From a plasmid, in the sequence record NZ_CP118944.1: DNA of 64,000 nt, one strand, 5' to 3'. The notes under the pieces were generated by a model. That model did not search any database, was not told the DNA's origin, and saw nothing but the letters and a program-made list of their open reading frames with translations. Positions 1-9,285 of this stretch are shown here, piece after piece (the first letter of the stretch is position 1; every line of letters begins with the position of its first letter). The translations under genes were made by a program, and so were the position numbers.

Positions 1-378
1 CGGAAGGGCACCTTGCACCACCCTTTGGTGTAGTCGTATCCAGTCAACAGGTAACTAGCACCGCGTCCTTGCGGCTCTCTCTCTATTAGTTGTAATTCAT
101 CTAATACGCTCAGTGCAGTAGAGATCAGCGGCCTGGACAATCCGGTGAGATTTTGAAGCTCATCATACGTTGGTGATGCACGCAGAAATCGCCCCTTCCC
201 ATCAACCTCCTCATCTTCTGCACATAACCCAAGTGCTATGTAGAGCATCAAGGCACTAATTTTTGCTCCAACATTACGATGACTACATACCCCACTTCTC
301 CCACCTTGTAGCTCACACAGTACAGAGCCATCAATGAACCTCGCTGATGGGATTTTCTTCCAATAGATGACCTTCATT
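1..378 (-). CDS. hypothetical protein with HTH-like segment, N-terminal part only (ORF runs off window start)
   Basis: Minus-strand ATG at 376-378 and an open frame to position 1 with no stop, so absent from the ORF track. Translation MKVIYWKKIPSARF...TYDELQNLTGLSRPLISTALSVLDELQLIERE contains a helix-turn-helix-like stretch. Confidence 0.3.
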
Positions 379-387
379 ACCCCCCCT

Positions 388-514
388 TAACTACCAGCAG
401 GCACACCGCAATAAATCCAACGAGAAGAGCAACAGATAGCAAGACAAGAGCAATCTCGTTGGAGTACGGGGCGAGCTCTTTTAGTCGGTCCAAGATTTTT
501 ATTACGGTATCCAT
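388..514 (-). CDS. small hydrophobic peptide (42 aa), hypothetical
   Basis: ATG (rc of cat 512-514) to TAA. Translation MDTVIKILDRLKELAPYSNEIALVLLSVALLVGFIAVCLLVV has a single predicted transmembrane helix. Below the ORF-track size cutoff. Confidence 0.2.
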
Positions 515-1158
515 ATAACCCCCTTTCAGCTTCATTACGCTTATTCTATCGGTCGGTATATCGTCTTTCTAGAAAGGGTTACTTTTTATAACTTATATAA
601 ACACACAAAAAACAACTATAAAACAATAGCTTAGGATTTATTTTTTTAGTAATTTATAGTCAGAAATTAGTAATTAAAAGCGAATTTACTTGGCTTTTAG
701 AGGAGGTTTGTTCATGTGAAAAGTCAAATTCAGTTCATGTGTGAGCACTTTTTTCCGTCGAGGTCACTACCCTAACTCGGATCATCACGACCCACTGGAA
801 AGTGGTACATAGCTTTTGTGTTCCATCGAGTTTTTCTCATGCGAAAAGCAGGACTGGGTAGCTGGCCTCACCATCGAATTTTATTTTTGATTTATCAATA
901 CTTATTTTTGATTCACTCCCGAACGGGGGCGATTAGCGAAGTCTGTCGCACCTGGCTCGGGAGTCGGCAAGCGTAGCGCGGTAGCTTGCGAAACCCCGCA
1001 CAAGCCAGACCCTGCCGGGCCTCAGCTACCTTCACGTTTTCACCTCCAACCCATACACGTTTTCGCCTGTAGGCATTGCGGTATAAGGTTTGATCACTAG
1101 CAGCGAAAGCTGCGTTGGGTGTGATGCTTTTTTGTAGGAGACGGGACTTTCGGCGCGT

Positions 1159-2388
1159 TTAGCGGCTGTACCCTGCCCCTGGTTGTTTTGCCTTGGGCGG
1201 CTTATCCACAATGGGCTGATCGGACAGGGATGCTAGGACGGCGTTGAGCTGTTCCTGGGACTGGCCGGCATGGGCAGGGGAATGTTCCACGATCTCCTTC
1301 ATCCCCCTCCTTGGCGACCAGCCATCCTGCATGATCTGCTTGAAAGCCCGCTGCTCTAGTGCCTTCCAGTCCACCGCCTGCCAGGCATCTGCCACCTGTT
1401 TGATCGCCTCGATGGCGAGCCGGGCGAACGTGGCCACCGGCCCATGCTTGCGAACCAGGTGCGGCAGCGCCGCCACCCGGCGCTCCTGCTCCTGGCGTTT
1501 GGCCGCTTCGGCCCGCATCTCTTCGGCAAAGCGCCGTACCGCCTCTAGTTCTTCCGTGGGCAGTCCTTCGACCAGTGGCCGCAGCACCTGCAGTTCGACT
1601 TCCTTGGCCTGCGCCGTGGCAACAAGCTCCTTGGCGCGCCGCTCGGCCAGATCGGTACGCTTGGCCCGCGCCAGCGCCGGGGCATAGTGCGCCTGGGTTT
1701 CCCTGGACAACCGCAAGGCAACGACTTCAGGAGCCTCCTCGATGCGCGAAAACAGGTTATTTTTCAGCACCCGCGGTGCCAACGCCTGGGCAGGAATCGC
1801 TAGGGGGGCCGGGATCTCCTGCAGCAGGGCGGCATAGTACTGGCGCACGGTGGTGTGCCTGGCCTTGCTGCCCTCGATCCCCCGCTGCAGGCCGTGCCGT
1901 TGGCCGACCTGCTCGGCAAAGTCGGTTTGCATCTGCGACAGCGCCTTGGCCCCGCCCAGGAAATGCCGGCAGTTGAGCTTACCCTGCGGATCGATGGGGA
2001 CCACATAGGCGTACAGGTGCGGAGTGGTTTCATCCCGATGGATGCCGGCATAGATCAGGTTCTCTGCCCCGTGCCGCTCCTTGAGCCACGCCAGCGCATC
2101 GGTAAAGTAGGCATCTTGGTCGCACCGGCTCTTGCTGTTCATGCCATCCGGACTGCCGGTGATCAGGTACTCGATCGCAAGCACCCCGTTCTTCCTGATC
2201 TTCTCCGGTAGCCGGTTCTGGAACGCCTTCATCGCCTCATCTACCGAGTTCGCCCCCAAGTGACTGTTCTCCCCGAGCCGAGTCGGATCGGCGTTGGGGG
2301 TGTCCTGGGCACGGAAGGCATGTTTGAGGGAGCGGCGCACGGCGACAGCGGCTTTGAGCTTTTGCGTGCGGAGGATAGCGAAGGCCAT
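1159..2388 (-). CDS. MobV/Pre-family (Mob_Pre) mobilisation relaxase
   Basis: The ORF-track ORF 1159..2499 contains an internal Met giving the N-terminus MAFAILRTQKLK, the signature start of the MobV family (compare MobM MSYMVARMQKMK). The HxDE..PH motif (GIHRDETTPHLY) is present. GGAG lies upstream of ATG 2386-2388. Start chosen at 2388. Confidence 0.7.
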   Translation of the reverse strand: MAFAILRTQKLKAAVAVRRSLKHAFRAQDTPNADPTRLGENSHLGANSVDEAMKAFQNRLPEKIRKNGVLAIEYLITGSPDGMNSKSRCDQDAYFTDALAWLKERHGAENLIYAGIHRDETTPHLYAYVVPIDPQGKLNCRHFLGGAKALSQMQTDFAEQVGQRHGLQRGIEGSKARHTTVRQYYAALLQEIPAPLAIPAQALAPRVLKNNLFSRIEEAPEVVALRLSRETQAHYAPALARAKRTDLAERRAKELVATAQAKEVELQVLRPLVEGLPTEELEAVRRFAEEMRAEAAKRQEQERRVAALPHLVRKHGPVATFARLAIEAIKQVADAWQAVDWKALEQRAFKQIMQDGWSPRRGMKEIVEHSPAHAGQSQEQLNAVLASLSDQPIVDKPPKAKQPGAGYSR

Positions 2389-2594
2389 AGGGGGCTCCAG
2401 GGGGGAAGGTACTACCCCCATCCTAAAGGATGTGGACTCACTACACAATTTTACAGGCTTCGCCCTCCAAATTGTCCGCTCGACCCGCTCTGCGGGCAAA
2501 TCAAAAACAAATAACGAACAATCGTATTTGCTTTTTGATAGCTAACAGCCCACAATCAAAACTCGAATTCGAACCATCAATATAGGATATTGAA
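2389..2594. promoter_or_regulatory. upstream region of mob gene; candidate oriT/promoter (short inverted repeats ccatcc-taaa-ggatg and cccgc-tct-gcggg)
   Basis: MobV oriT sites usually lie just upstream of the relaxase gene. Only short inverted repeats are seen and no nic site is assigned. Confidence 0.2.
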
Positions 2595-2837
2595 ATGGAA
2601 GAACTGAAAGCCAAGTGGACGTTCGACCAGGGCGGGTTCGCCAAGGCGATGATCGTGCCGACCCCGATGGGGGCCGGATACCATTTGCACCTGGTGAAGT
2701 TTGGCCGGTTAAATGAGACGCTGGTACTGGAACGCCAGCGCGGAGGCTGGCGCGTGTTCAAAACCATCGATGCCGCTGCGAACACCGCCAACAACATTGG
2801 CTTTCGCCGTATCGAGGTCGATCTGAGCAGCCGCTAA
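2595..2837 (+). CDS. hypothetical protein (80 aa)
   Basis: ORF-track ORF with ATG preceded by an AG-rich stretch. No recognised motif. Confidence 0.4.
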   Translation: MEELKAKWTFDQGGFAKAMIVPTPMGAGYHLHLVKFGRLNETLVLERQRGGWRVFKTIDAAANTANNIGFRRIEVDLSSR

Positions 2838-2851
2838 GCAGGGAGCGCATT

Positions 2852-3061
2852 ATGGACAGAAAACCCCACTACGCTATCCAGGATCACCTGGGCGCCCTCT
2901 GGTTGTTTGTGGACGGCACCCCAACCGCCGATCTGGAAGAGATGCGCCTGATCGATTTCGGCTCCTTCATCAGCGTTGAGGGCGGGCTGATTTACGAGAC
3001 CCTGCCGGCGGAGGAGTGGCGGGACAAGCTGCAAGCGCTAGGACTGGAGGTAGATCGATGA
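2852..3061 (+). CDS. hypothetical protein (69 aa)
   Basis: ORF-track ORF. Its stop overlaps the ATG of the next ORF (ATGA coupling at 3058-3061). Confidence 0.35.
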   Translation: MDRKPHYAIQDHLGALWLFVDGTPTADLEEMRLIDFGSFISVEGGLIYETLPAEEWRDKLQALGLEVDR

Positions 3062-3225
3062 CAGTAAGGCTGTTAACCGAACAGGAACTTGAAGCACTGC
3101 GTACCGACATGCGGGAGGCGTCGGTGTGGATGAAGACAGAACTGACAAAACGACGTGAGTGTGAAGCAGACGAAACCGCGACAATTGCGCATGCGCAAAG
3201 AGCACAAAACCCGCTCCGGGGATAA
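3058..3225 (+). CDS. hypothetical protein (55 aa)
   Basis: An internal Met (MTVRLLTEQELEALR...) of ORF 3016..3225 overlaps the upstream stop as ATGA, suggesting translational coupling. Confidence 0.3.
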   Translation: MTVRLLTEQELEALRTDMREASVWMKTELTKRRECEADETATIAHAQRAQNPLRG

Positions 3226-3286
3226 CGGGCCCGCCCACAGGCCAAAAACACGGCCTGATGGACGGCCTACGGTTCGCCCGTTACCC

Positions 3287-3367
3287 GGGGTCGTTTGCGG
3301 GAGGGGGCGGAATCCTACGCTAAGGCTTTGGCCAGCGATATTCTCCGGTGAGATTGATGTGTTCCCA
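3287..3367. repeat. Tn5393 left terminal inverted repeat (~81 bp)
   Basis: ggggtcgtttgcgggagggggcggaatcctacgctaaggctttggccagcgatattctccggtgagattgatgtgttccca. Its reverse-complement partner is at 8676-8756 with a few mismatches. Confidence 0.7.
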
Positions 3368-6205
3368 TCCGAGCGGCGAAACATGGGCCAAGAGATCGGG
3401 CGATAGCAGCTTTCCATCGCGTTTCTGGTTTGCAACGACCTCGCCGAGCTTCATGGTGTTCCAGAAGATGATGATGGCGGCGAGCAGATTCATGCCGGCG
3501 ATGCGGTAATGCTGGCCTTCGGCGGAACGGTCGCGGATTTCACCGCGGCGGTGGAAGCTGATTGCCCGCTTCAGCGCATGATGAGCTTCGCCTTTGTTGA
3601 GCCCGATCTGGGCACGCCGTTGGAGTTCGGCATCCAGAATCCAGTCGATCATGAACAGGGTGCGCTCGACGCGACCGACTTCCCGCAGGGCTGTCGCGAG
3701 CTCGTTCTGCCGCGGATAGGAGGCGAGTTTCCGCAGAATCTGGCTTGGCGCGACGGTCCCGGCAGCAATGGTGGCGGCGATGCGCAGGATGTCGGGCCAA
3801 TTGCGCTCGATCATGGCTTGGTTGACCTTTCCGCCGATCAACGCTCGCAGGTGCGCCGGGGCGGCCGACGGATTGAACGCGTAGAGCCGTTTGGATGGCA
3901 GGTCGCGGATGCGCGGAGCGAACCGGTAGCCGAGAATGGCACATGCGGCAAAGACGTGATCGGTGAAGCCGCCCGTGTCGGTGAACTGCTCGCGGATATG
4001 GCGTCCAGCATCGTTCATCAGCAGGCCATCGAGGATGTAAGGCGCTTCGCTTGCCGTTGCAGGAATCACCTGGGTTGCGAACGGCGCATATTGGTCGGAG
4101 ACGTGGCTATAGGCTTTCAGGCCCGGGGTATTGCCATATTTCGCGTTGACCAGGTTCATGGCCTCACCTTGCTCTGTAGCGACGAAGAACTGTCCGTCGC
4201 TCGAAGCCGACGTGCCCATGCCCCAGAACCGGGCCATGGGTAACGCTGCCTGTGCCTCGACCACCATGGCCAGCGCCCGGTCATAGGCTTCGCCCTCGAC
4301 ATGCCACCGTCCAATGCGGATCAATTCCCAGAAGGTGTGGGTGTTTGTCGCATCCGCCATTTTGCGCAAGCCGAGGTTGATCCCTTCCGCCAAGATAACG
4401 TTCATTAGCCCGATCCGGTCAGCGCAGGGTGCTCCTGTGCGCAGATGGGTGAACGCTTCGGTGAAGCCGGTCGCCGCATCCACCTCCAGCAGGAGATCGG
4501 TGATGCGCGTGGGCGGGATCTGCTTGTAGAGATCGAGCACCAGATCTTCGGCGCCTGTCGGCGCGGCGGCTTCGAGTTTCTCGATATGCAGAACGCCGTT
4601 TTCAATCGACCCGCCCGGGATCGTGCCTGCGCGAGCGGCACGGCCAAGCTCGCGCAACCGCATGTCGAGGCGAGCTTGCCGGTCTGCCAGCCATTCCTCC
4701 GGCCGCAATGGCACAGCGAGACGACCGCCTTCCGCGATGGATTGTGCCGGAACGAGTGCGTGTTTCAGATCGCCATAGCGCCGGGACCTAGTAAGCCAGA
4801 CATCTCCGGAGCGGAACGCATCGCGCAGATGGAACAGCACCGCGATCTCCCATAGGCGAGCGTCGCCAGCCCTCTGGGCCCGAAGGTGGCGATGCCATTT
4901 CGAGCTGGGCCGCAAGAAGCTGGTCATCGCGGCATCGTTCAAACCGGTACGAAGGGCCGTCACCGCTTCCAGAAGCGGCAGTGCAACGGGCGCAGCTCGC
5001 AGATCGAGCAGGCGCAACATGCGTGGAGCGTATCGGCGGAAGCGGTGATAACCGTCGAGCACATGATTGAGCGGATCGTCGGCCATGGTGGCGGTCAGCC
5101 TGGTTGCCATTGCAACAAGGGTTTTTAAGCCGTCCCACCCTGACCCACTCGCGATGACATCGCCCAGCGGCTGGCCATCATCCTGTGCATCGACCAGGGC
5201 GCCCCCGATCTCGGCGAAGGATTTCAGGGTGTCACGCACCACCCCCGCTTCGTCTGCGACCTTTGCATGGCAAATACGCTCCGAAGCACGGTAGAGACGG
5301 CCGACGATCCGGTCGTGGGTTTCGACCACTGCGTCGGCCAACATCGTCTGCCATTCCGAGACGCAAACAGCCAAGATCGCAAGCCGCCTGTCCTCCGGGA
5401 GATCGCGCATGCCGTCGGCATAATACCGTTCACCCTGCCTGCGCAGACGAGTCACCCGATGGGCAGGAACGCCGGCAAGCAGATCCTCGGGGAGATCGAT
5501 GCGTTGCAGATATTCGAGCCGGTCGAGCAGCCGGTTGGCCGACGAAGAGTTCGAGCCAGGCTCGAACTGGCGCAGCCACACAAAACGGGTCACCCGATCA
5601 TCAGCCGTCTCCTCGAGCAATGCCAGCAACTGTTCTCGGATCGACATAGGCAGCCGACTGGCGATCCTCGTCTCGATGCGTCGCTCGGCATCGACGAGAG
5701 CCGCGGCACAAAGCCGCTCGATCGTGGATGTCGCGGGAAGGACAGTGCGGGTGCGTCGGCACTCGGCTACGAAGCGACGGGCGATATCCTCGTTCGACAC
5801 CGCCATCTCGGCTTCTCGGAACAACCATTCCTTCAGCTCGCTCGCACCACGTCCGGAGAAGGTGCGGAAGCCGTAGAGCCCCCGTAACTCGGCAAGATGC
5901 TCGTGCCGTGTTTCCTCGCGGGCAGCATAGTCTACGAGATCGTCGGCACCCAGGCCAAGCTGCGCTCCGATAAATTCGATGACCTCTGCAGGGATCAGTT
6001 CGCCTGGAGCCAGCACCCGGCCGGGATAGCGCAGGACACACAATTGCAGGGCGAAGCCGAACCTGTTGTGAGCGCGCCGACGCAGCCTGATATGCCCAAG
6101 GTCTTCATCACTCAGCGTATAGTGCTTGAGCAAATCCGTCTGTGAAGTCGGCAAGCGCAACAGCGCGTCTTTCTGCCGATCGGTTAGAGTGACGCGACGC
6201 GGCAT
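3320..6205 (-). CDS. tnpA: Tn3-family transposase TnpA (Tn5393)
   Basis: 961 aa with Tn3-family TnpA architecture. C-terminus lies inside the terminal inverted repeat, as is typical. Confidence 0.9.
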   Translation of the reverse strand: MPRRVTLTDRQKDALLRLPTSQTDLLKHYTLSDEDLGHIRLRRRAHNRFGFALQLCVLRYPGRVLAPGELIPAEVIEFIGAQLGLGADDLVDYAAREETRHEHLAELRGLYGFRTFSGRGASELKEWLFREAEMAVSNEDIARRFVAECRRTRTVLPATSTIERLCAAALVDAERRIETRIASRLPMSIREQLLALLEETADDRVTRFVWLRQFEPGSNSSSANRLLDRLEYLQRIDLPEDLLAGVPAHRVTRLRRQGERYYADGMRDLPEDRRLAILAVCVSEWQTMLADAVVETHDRIVGRLYRASERICHAKVADEAGVVRDTLKSFAEIGGALVDAQDDGQPLGDVIASGSGWDGLKTLVAMATRLTATMADDPLNHVLDGYHRFRRYAPRMLRLLDLRAAPVALPLLEAVTALRTGLNDAAMTSFLRPSSKWHRHLRAQRAGDARLWEIAVLFHLRDAFRSGDVWLTRSRRYGDLKHALVPAQSIAEGGRLAVPLRPEEWLADRQARLDMRLRELGRAARAGTIPGGSIENGVLHIEKLEAAAPTGAEDLVLDLYKQIPPTRITDLLLEVDAATGFTEAFTHLRTGAPCADRIGLMNVILAEGINLGLRKMADATNTHTFWELIRIGRWHVEGEAYDRALAMVVEAQAALPMARFWGMGTSASSDGQFFVATEQGEAMNLVNAKYGNTPGLKAYSHVSDQYAPFATQVIPATASEAPYILDGLLMNDAGRHIREQFTDTGGFTDHVFAACAILGYRFAPRIRDLPSKRLYAFNPSAAPAHLRALIGGKVNQAMIERNWPDILRIAATIAAGTVAPSQILRKLASYPRQNELATALREVGRVERTLFMIDWILDAELQRRAQIGLNKGEAHHALKRAISFHRRGEIRDRSAEGQHYRIAGMNLLAAIIIFWNTMKLGEVVANQKRDGKLLSPDLLAHVSPLGWEHINLTGEYRWPKP

Positions 6206-6330
6206 ACATGTTCCTTTTTCAAAATCTGATAGCGTTCAAGACGCTTTGTTTATGAAGCTGGTTGAGATACATTTCCAGAGGTCAATGCAATCGTGGCCGA
6301 AGCGCCGCCTCAAACCAACGTTTGTGATAC
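6206..6330. promoter_or_regulatory. res / divergent promoter region between tnpA and tnpR of Tn5393
   Basis: Assigned by position between the divergent tnpA and tnpR, as in Tn3-family elements. Subsites not mapped. Confidence 0.4.
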
Positions 6331-6945
6331 ATGCTGATCGGATATGCCCGCGTCTCCAAAGCCGATGGCTCGCAGTCTCTCGACCTGCAGCACGACGCCT
6401 TGCGCGCCGCAGGTGTCGAACGGGACAATATCTATGATGATCTTGCTTCCGGCGGTCGTGATGATCGCCCTGGCTTGACTGCCTGCCTCAAGTCATTGCG
6501 TGACGGCGATGTGCTGGTGGTCTGGAAGCTCGATCGCCTCGGACGATCGCTTGCCCATCTGGTCAACACGGTGAAGGAGCTGTCAGACCGCAAGATCGGC
6601 CTGCGGGTTCTGACTGGAAAGGGCGCTCAGATCGACACCACGACTGCGTCCGGTCGCATGGTGTTCGGAATCTTCGCCACCTTGGCCGAGTTCGAGCGGG
6701 ATCTGATCCGAGAGCGCACCATGGCGGGTCTCGCCTCCGCGAGAGCGCGCGGTCGCAAGGGCGGACGAAAATTCGCGCTCACCAAAGCTCAGGTGCGTCT
6801 CGCGCAAGCCGCCATGGCCCAGCGCGATACTTCAGTTTCCGATCTCTGCAAGGAACTCGGCATCGAGCGCGTCACTCTCTACCGATATGTCGGTCCCAAA
6901 GGCGAGCTCAGAGACCATGGAAAGCATGTTCTCGGACTTACGTAG
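6331..6945 (+). CDS. tnpR: serine resolvase TnpR (Tn5393)
   Basis: 204 aa. N-terminus MLIGYARVSKADGSQSLDLQ with catalytic Ser in the YARVS motif. C-terminal HTH present. Confidence 0.9.
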   Translation: MLIGYARVSKADGSQSLDLQHDALRAAGVERDNIYDDLASGGRDDRPGLTACLKSLRDGDVLVVWKLDRLGRSLAHLVNTVKELSDRKIGLRVLTGKGAQIDTTTASGRMVFGIFATLAEFERDLIRERTMAGLASARARGRKGGRKFALTKAQVRLAQAAMAQRDTSVSDLCKELGIERVTLYRYVGPKGELRDHGKHVLGLT

Positions 6946-7010
6946 CAACTCGTTTCTTTTCGCAGGTTGAGCCACCTCCGCGCTTCATCAGAAAACTGAA
7001 GGAACCTCCA

Positions 7011-7814
7011 TTGAATCGAACTAATATTTTTTTTGGTGAATCGCATTCTGACTGGTTGCCTGTCAGAGGCGGAGAATCTGGTGATTTTGTTTTTCGACGT
7101 GGTGACGGGCATGCCTTCGCGAAAATCGCACCTGCTTCCCGCCGCGGTGAGCTCGCTGGAGAGCGTGACCGCCTCATTTGGCTCAAAGGTCGAGGTGTGG
7201 CTTGCCCCGAGGTGATCAACTGGCAGGAGGAACAGGAGGGTGCATGCTTGGTGATAACGGCAATTCCGGGAGTACCGGCGGCTGATCTGTCTGGAGCGGA
7301 TTTGCTCAAAGCGTGGCCGTCAATGGGGCAGCAACTTGGCGCTGTTCACAGCCTATCGGTTGATCAATGTCCGTTTGAGCGCAGGCTGTCGCGAATGTTC
7401 GGACGCGCCGTTGATGTGGTGTCCCGCAATGCCGTCAATCCCGACTTCTTACCGGACGAGGACAAGAGTACGCCGCAGCTCGATCTTTTGGCTCGTGTCG
7501 AACGAGAGCTACCGGTGCGGCTCGACCAAGAGCGCACCGATATGGTTGTTTGCCATGGTGATCCCTGCATGCCGAACTTCATGGTGGACCCTAAAACTCT
7601 TCAATGCACGGGTCTGATCGACCTTGGGCGGCTCGGAACAGCAGATCGCTATGCCGATTTGGCACTCATGATTGCTAACGCCGAAGAGAACTGGGCAGCG
7701 CCAGATGAAGCAGAGCGCGCCTTCGCTGTCCTATTCAATGTATTGGGGATCGAAGCCCCCGACCGCGAACGCCTTGCCTTCTATCTGCGATTGGACCCTC
7801 TGACTTGGGGTTGA
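7011..7814 (+). CDS. strA: aminoglycoside 3''-phosphotransferase APH(3'')-Ib (streptomycin resistance StrA)
   Basis: 267 aa MNRTNIFFGESHSDWLPVRGGESGDFVFRRGDGHAFAKIAP... recognised as StrA. Stop TGA 7812-7814 overlaps the strB ATG by 1 nt. Confidence 0.9.
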   Translation: MNRTNIFFGESHSDWLPVRGGESGDFVFRRGDGHAFAKIAPASRRGELAGERDRLIWLKGRGVACPEVINWQEEQEGACLVITAIPGVPAADLSGADLLKAWPSMGQQLGAVHSLSVDQCPFERRLSRMFGRAVDVVSRNAVNPDFLPDEDKSTPQLDLLARVERELPVRLDQERTDMVVCHGDPCMPNFMVDPKTLQCTGLIDLGRLGTADRYADLALMIANAEENWAAPDEAERAFAVLFNVLGIEAPDRERLAFYLRLDPLTWG

Positions 7815-8650
7815 TGTTCATGCCGCCTGTTTTTCCTGCTCATTGGCACGTTTCGCAACCTGTTCTCATTGCGGACACCTTTTCCAGCCTCGTTTGGAAA
7901 GTTTCATTGCCAGACGGGACTCCTGCAATCGTCAAGGGATTGAAACCTATAGAAGACATTGCTGATGAACTGCGCGGGGCCGACTATCTGGTATGGCGCA
8001 ATGGGAGGGGAGCAGTCCGGTTGCTCGGTCGTGAGAACAATCTGATGTTGCTCGAATATGCCGGGGAGCGAATGCTCTCTCACATCGTTGCCGAGCACGG
8101 CGACTACCAGGCGACCGAAATTGCAGCGGAACTAATGGCGAAGCTGTATGCCGCATCTGAGGAACCCCTGCCTTCTGCCCTTCTCCCGATCCGGGATCGC
8201 TTTGCAGCTTTGTTTCAGCGGGCGCGCGATGATCAAAACGCAGGTTGTCAAACTGACTACGTCCACGCGGCGATTATAGCCGATCAAATGATGAGCAATG
8301 CCTCGGAACTGCGTGGGCTACATGGCGATCTGCATCATGAAAACATCATGTTCTCCAGTCGCGGCTGGCTGGTGATAGATCCCGTCGGTCTGGTCGGTGA
8401 AGTGGGCTTTGGCGCCGCCAATATGTTCTACGATCCGGCTGACAGAGACGACCTTTGTCTCGATCCTAGACGCATTGCACAGATGGCGGACGCATTCTCT
8501 CGTGCGCTGGACGTCGATCCGCGTCGCCTGCTCGACCAGGCGTACGCTTATGGGTGCCTTTCCGCAGCTTGGAACGCGGATGGAGAAGAGGAGCAACGCG
8601 ATCTAGCTATCGCGGCCGCGATCAAGCAGGTGCGACAGACGTCATACTAG
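7814..8650 (+). CDS. strB: aminoglycoside 6-phosphotransferase APH(6)-Id (StrB)
   Basis: 278 aa MFMPPVFPAHWHVSQPVLIADTFSSLVWKV... recognised as StrB. The ORF-track start at 7805 is an upstream TTG; the ATG at 7814 is used here. Confidence 0.9.
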   Translation: MFMPPVFPAHWHVSQPVLIADTFSSLVWKVSLPDGTPAIVKGLKPIEDIADELRGADYLVWRNGRGAVRLLGRENNLMLLEYAGERMLSHIVAEHGDYQATEIAAELMAKLYAASEEPLPSALLPIRDRFAALFQRARDDQNAGCQTDYVHAAIIADQMMSNASELRGLHGDLHHENIMFSSRGWLVIDPVGLVGEVGFGAANMFYDPADRDDLCLDPRRIAQMADAFSRALDVDPRRLLDQAYAYGCLSAAWNADGEEEQRDLAIAAAIKQVRQTSY

Positions 8651-8675
8651 ATATCAAGCGACTTCTCCTATCCCC

Positions 8676-8756
8676 TGGGAACACATCAATCTTACCGGAG
8701 AATATCGTTGGCCAAAGCCTTAGCGTAGGATTTCGCCCTCTCCCGCAAACGACCCC
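8676..8756. repeat. Tn5393 right terminal inverted repeat (~81 bp)
   Basis: Reverse complement of the left inverted repeat (tgggaacacatcaatcttaccggagaatatcgttggccaaagccttagcgtaggatttcgccctctcccgcaaacgacccc). Confidence 0.7.
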
Positions 8757-8759
8757 ATC

Positions 8760-9281
8760 ATGCGCCCCCTCGATACCGTCCTAAAGTTTGGGGACGACGC
8801 GGCTTACAAGAGATTCCAGGCGGCAGCCAGCGCCAGGCTCCAGGAGGAAGCTATCCCCCTATACAAGGGATATGCGAAAGACAGCAGCCAGATAAAGCCG
8901 ACCATCAGCTCTTTCTCCGTCGTATCCAAGAGCGACGCGCCAATGGTGGGCTATGTGGCCAATGCGATCATGACGCGCACGGTTAAACCCGAACTGCAGC
9001 TGCTCGCCGGCCACCTTATGCAGATTATCGCGCAGGAGAGCGGGGCGCCGCTCACCCCCCTGTCTGAACCGGTTCCCGGGGCGCTGGCCTTCTTGTTCGA
9101 CCAGTATCTTGGCCTGTGGCATGGAAGCGGTGACCTCAAACTCTCCAAGGAGCAAAGCGAGATGCTGATGACGGAGTATGTTCACTGCTCAGATAACTGG
9201 GCGCCGCTCGGCCCCCTCTACGTGAACGCCCCCGCCCCAGGCCGGGTTCGTCGCATCTACCAGCAATCTCCGGGGAAGTGA
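8760..9281 (+). CDS. hypothetical protein (173 aa); ORF begins 4 bp after the Tn5393 right inverted repeat, possibly a truncated or fusion reading frame
   Basis: ATG at 8760 immediately abuts the inverted-repeat end (8756). No recognised domain. Confidence 0.3.
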   Translation: MRPLDTVLKFGDDAAYKRFQAAASARLQEEAIPLYKGYAKDSSQIKPTISSFSVVSKSDAPMVGYVANAIMTRTVKPELQLLAGHLMQIIAQESGAPLTPLSEPVPGALAFLFDQYLGLWHGSGDLKLSKEQSEMLMTEYVHCSDNWAPLGPLYVNAPAPGRVRRIYQQSPGK

Positions 9282-9285
9282 CACG

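Larger units (their letters stand above)
3287..8756. mobile_element. Tn5393 (Tn3-family transposon: tnpA-res-tnpR-strA-strB)
   Basis: Bounded by ~81-bp inverted repeats starting GGGGTCGTTTGCGGGAG... at 3287 and the reverse complement ending at 8756. Gene content and order match Tn5393. Flanking 5-bp sequences (taccc / atcat) are not a direct repeat. Confidence 0.85.

Noticed and set aside
1244-2545. Many overlapping ORFs (1244..1687, 1575..1976, 1800..2051, 1855..2211, 2260..2514, 2294..2545) inside and antisense to the relaxase gene
   Set aside because: These are high-GC frame artefacts nested in a gene with a clear MobV signature.
3509-6145. Internal and antisense ORFs within Tn5393 tnpA (e.g. 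3509..4243, 5267..5887, 5601..6041)
   Set aside because: They are nested in a recognised 961-aa transposase gene and are typical GC-rich shadow ORFs.
3282-8761. 5-bp target-site duplication for Tn5393
   Set aside because: The flanks taccc and atcat do not match under either plausible inverted-repeat boundary, so none is reported.
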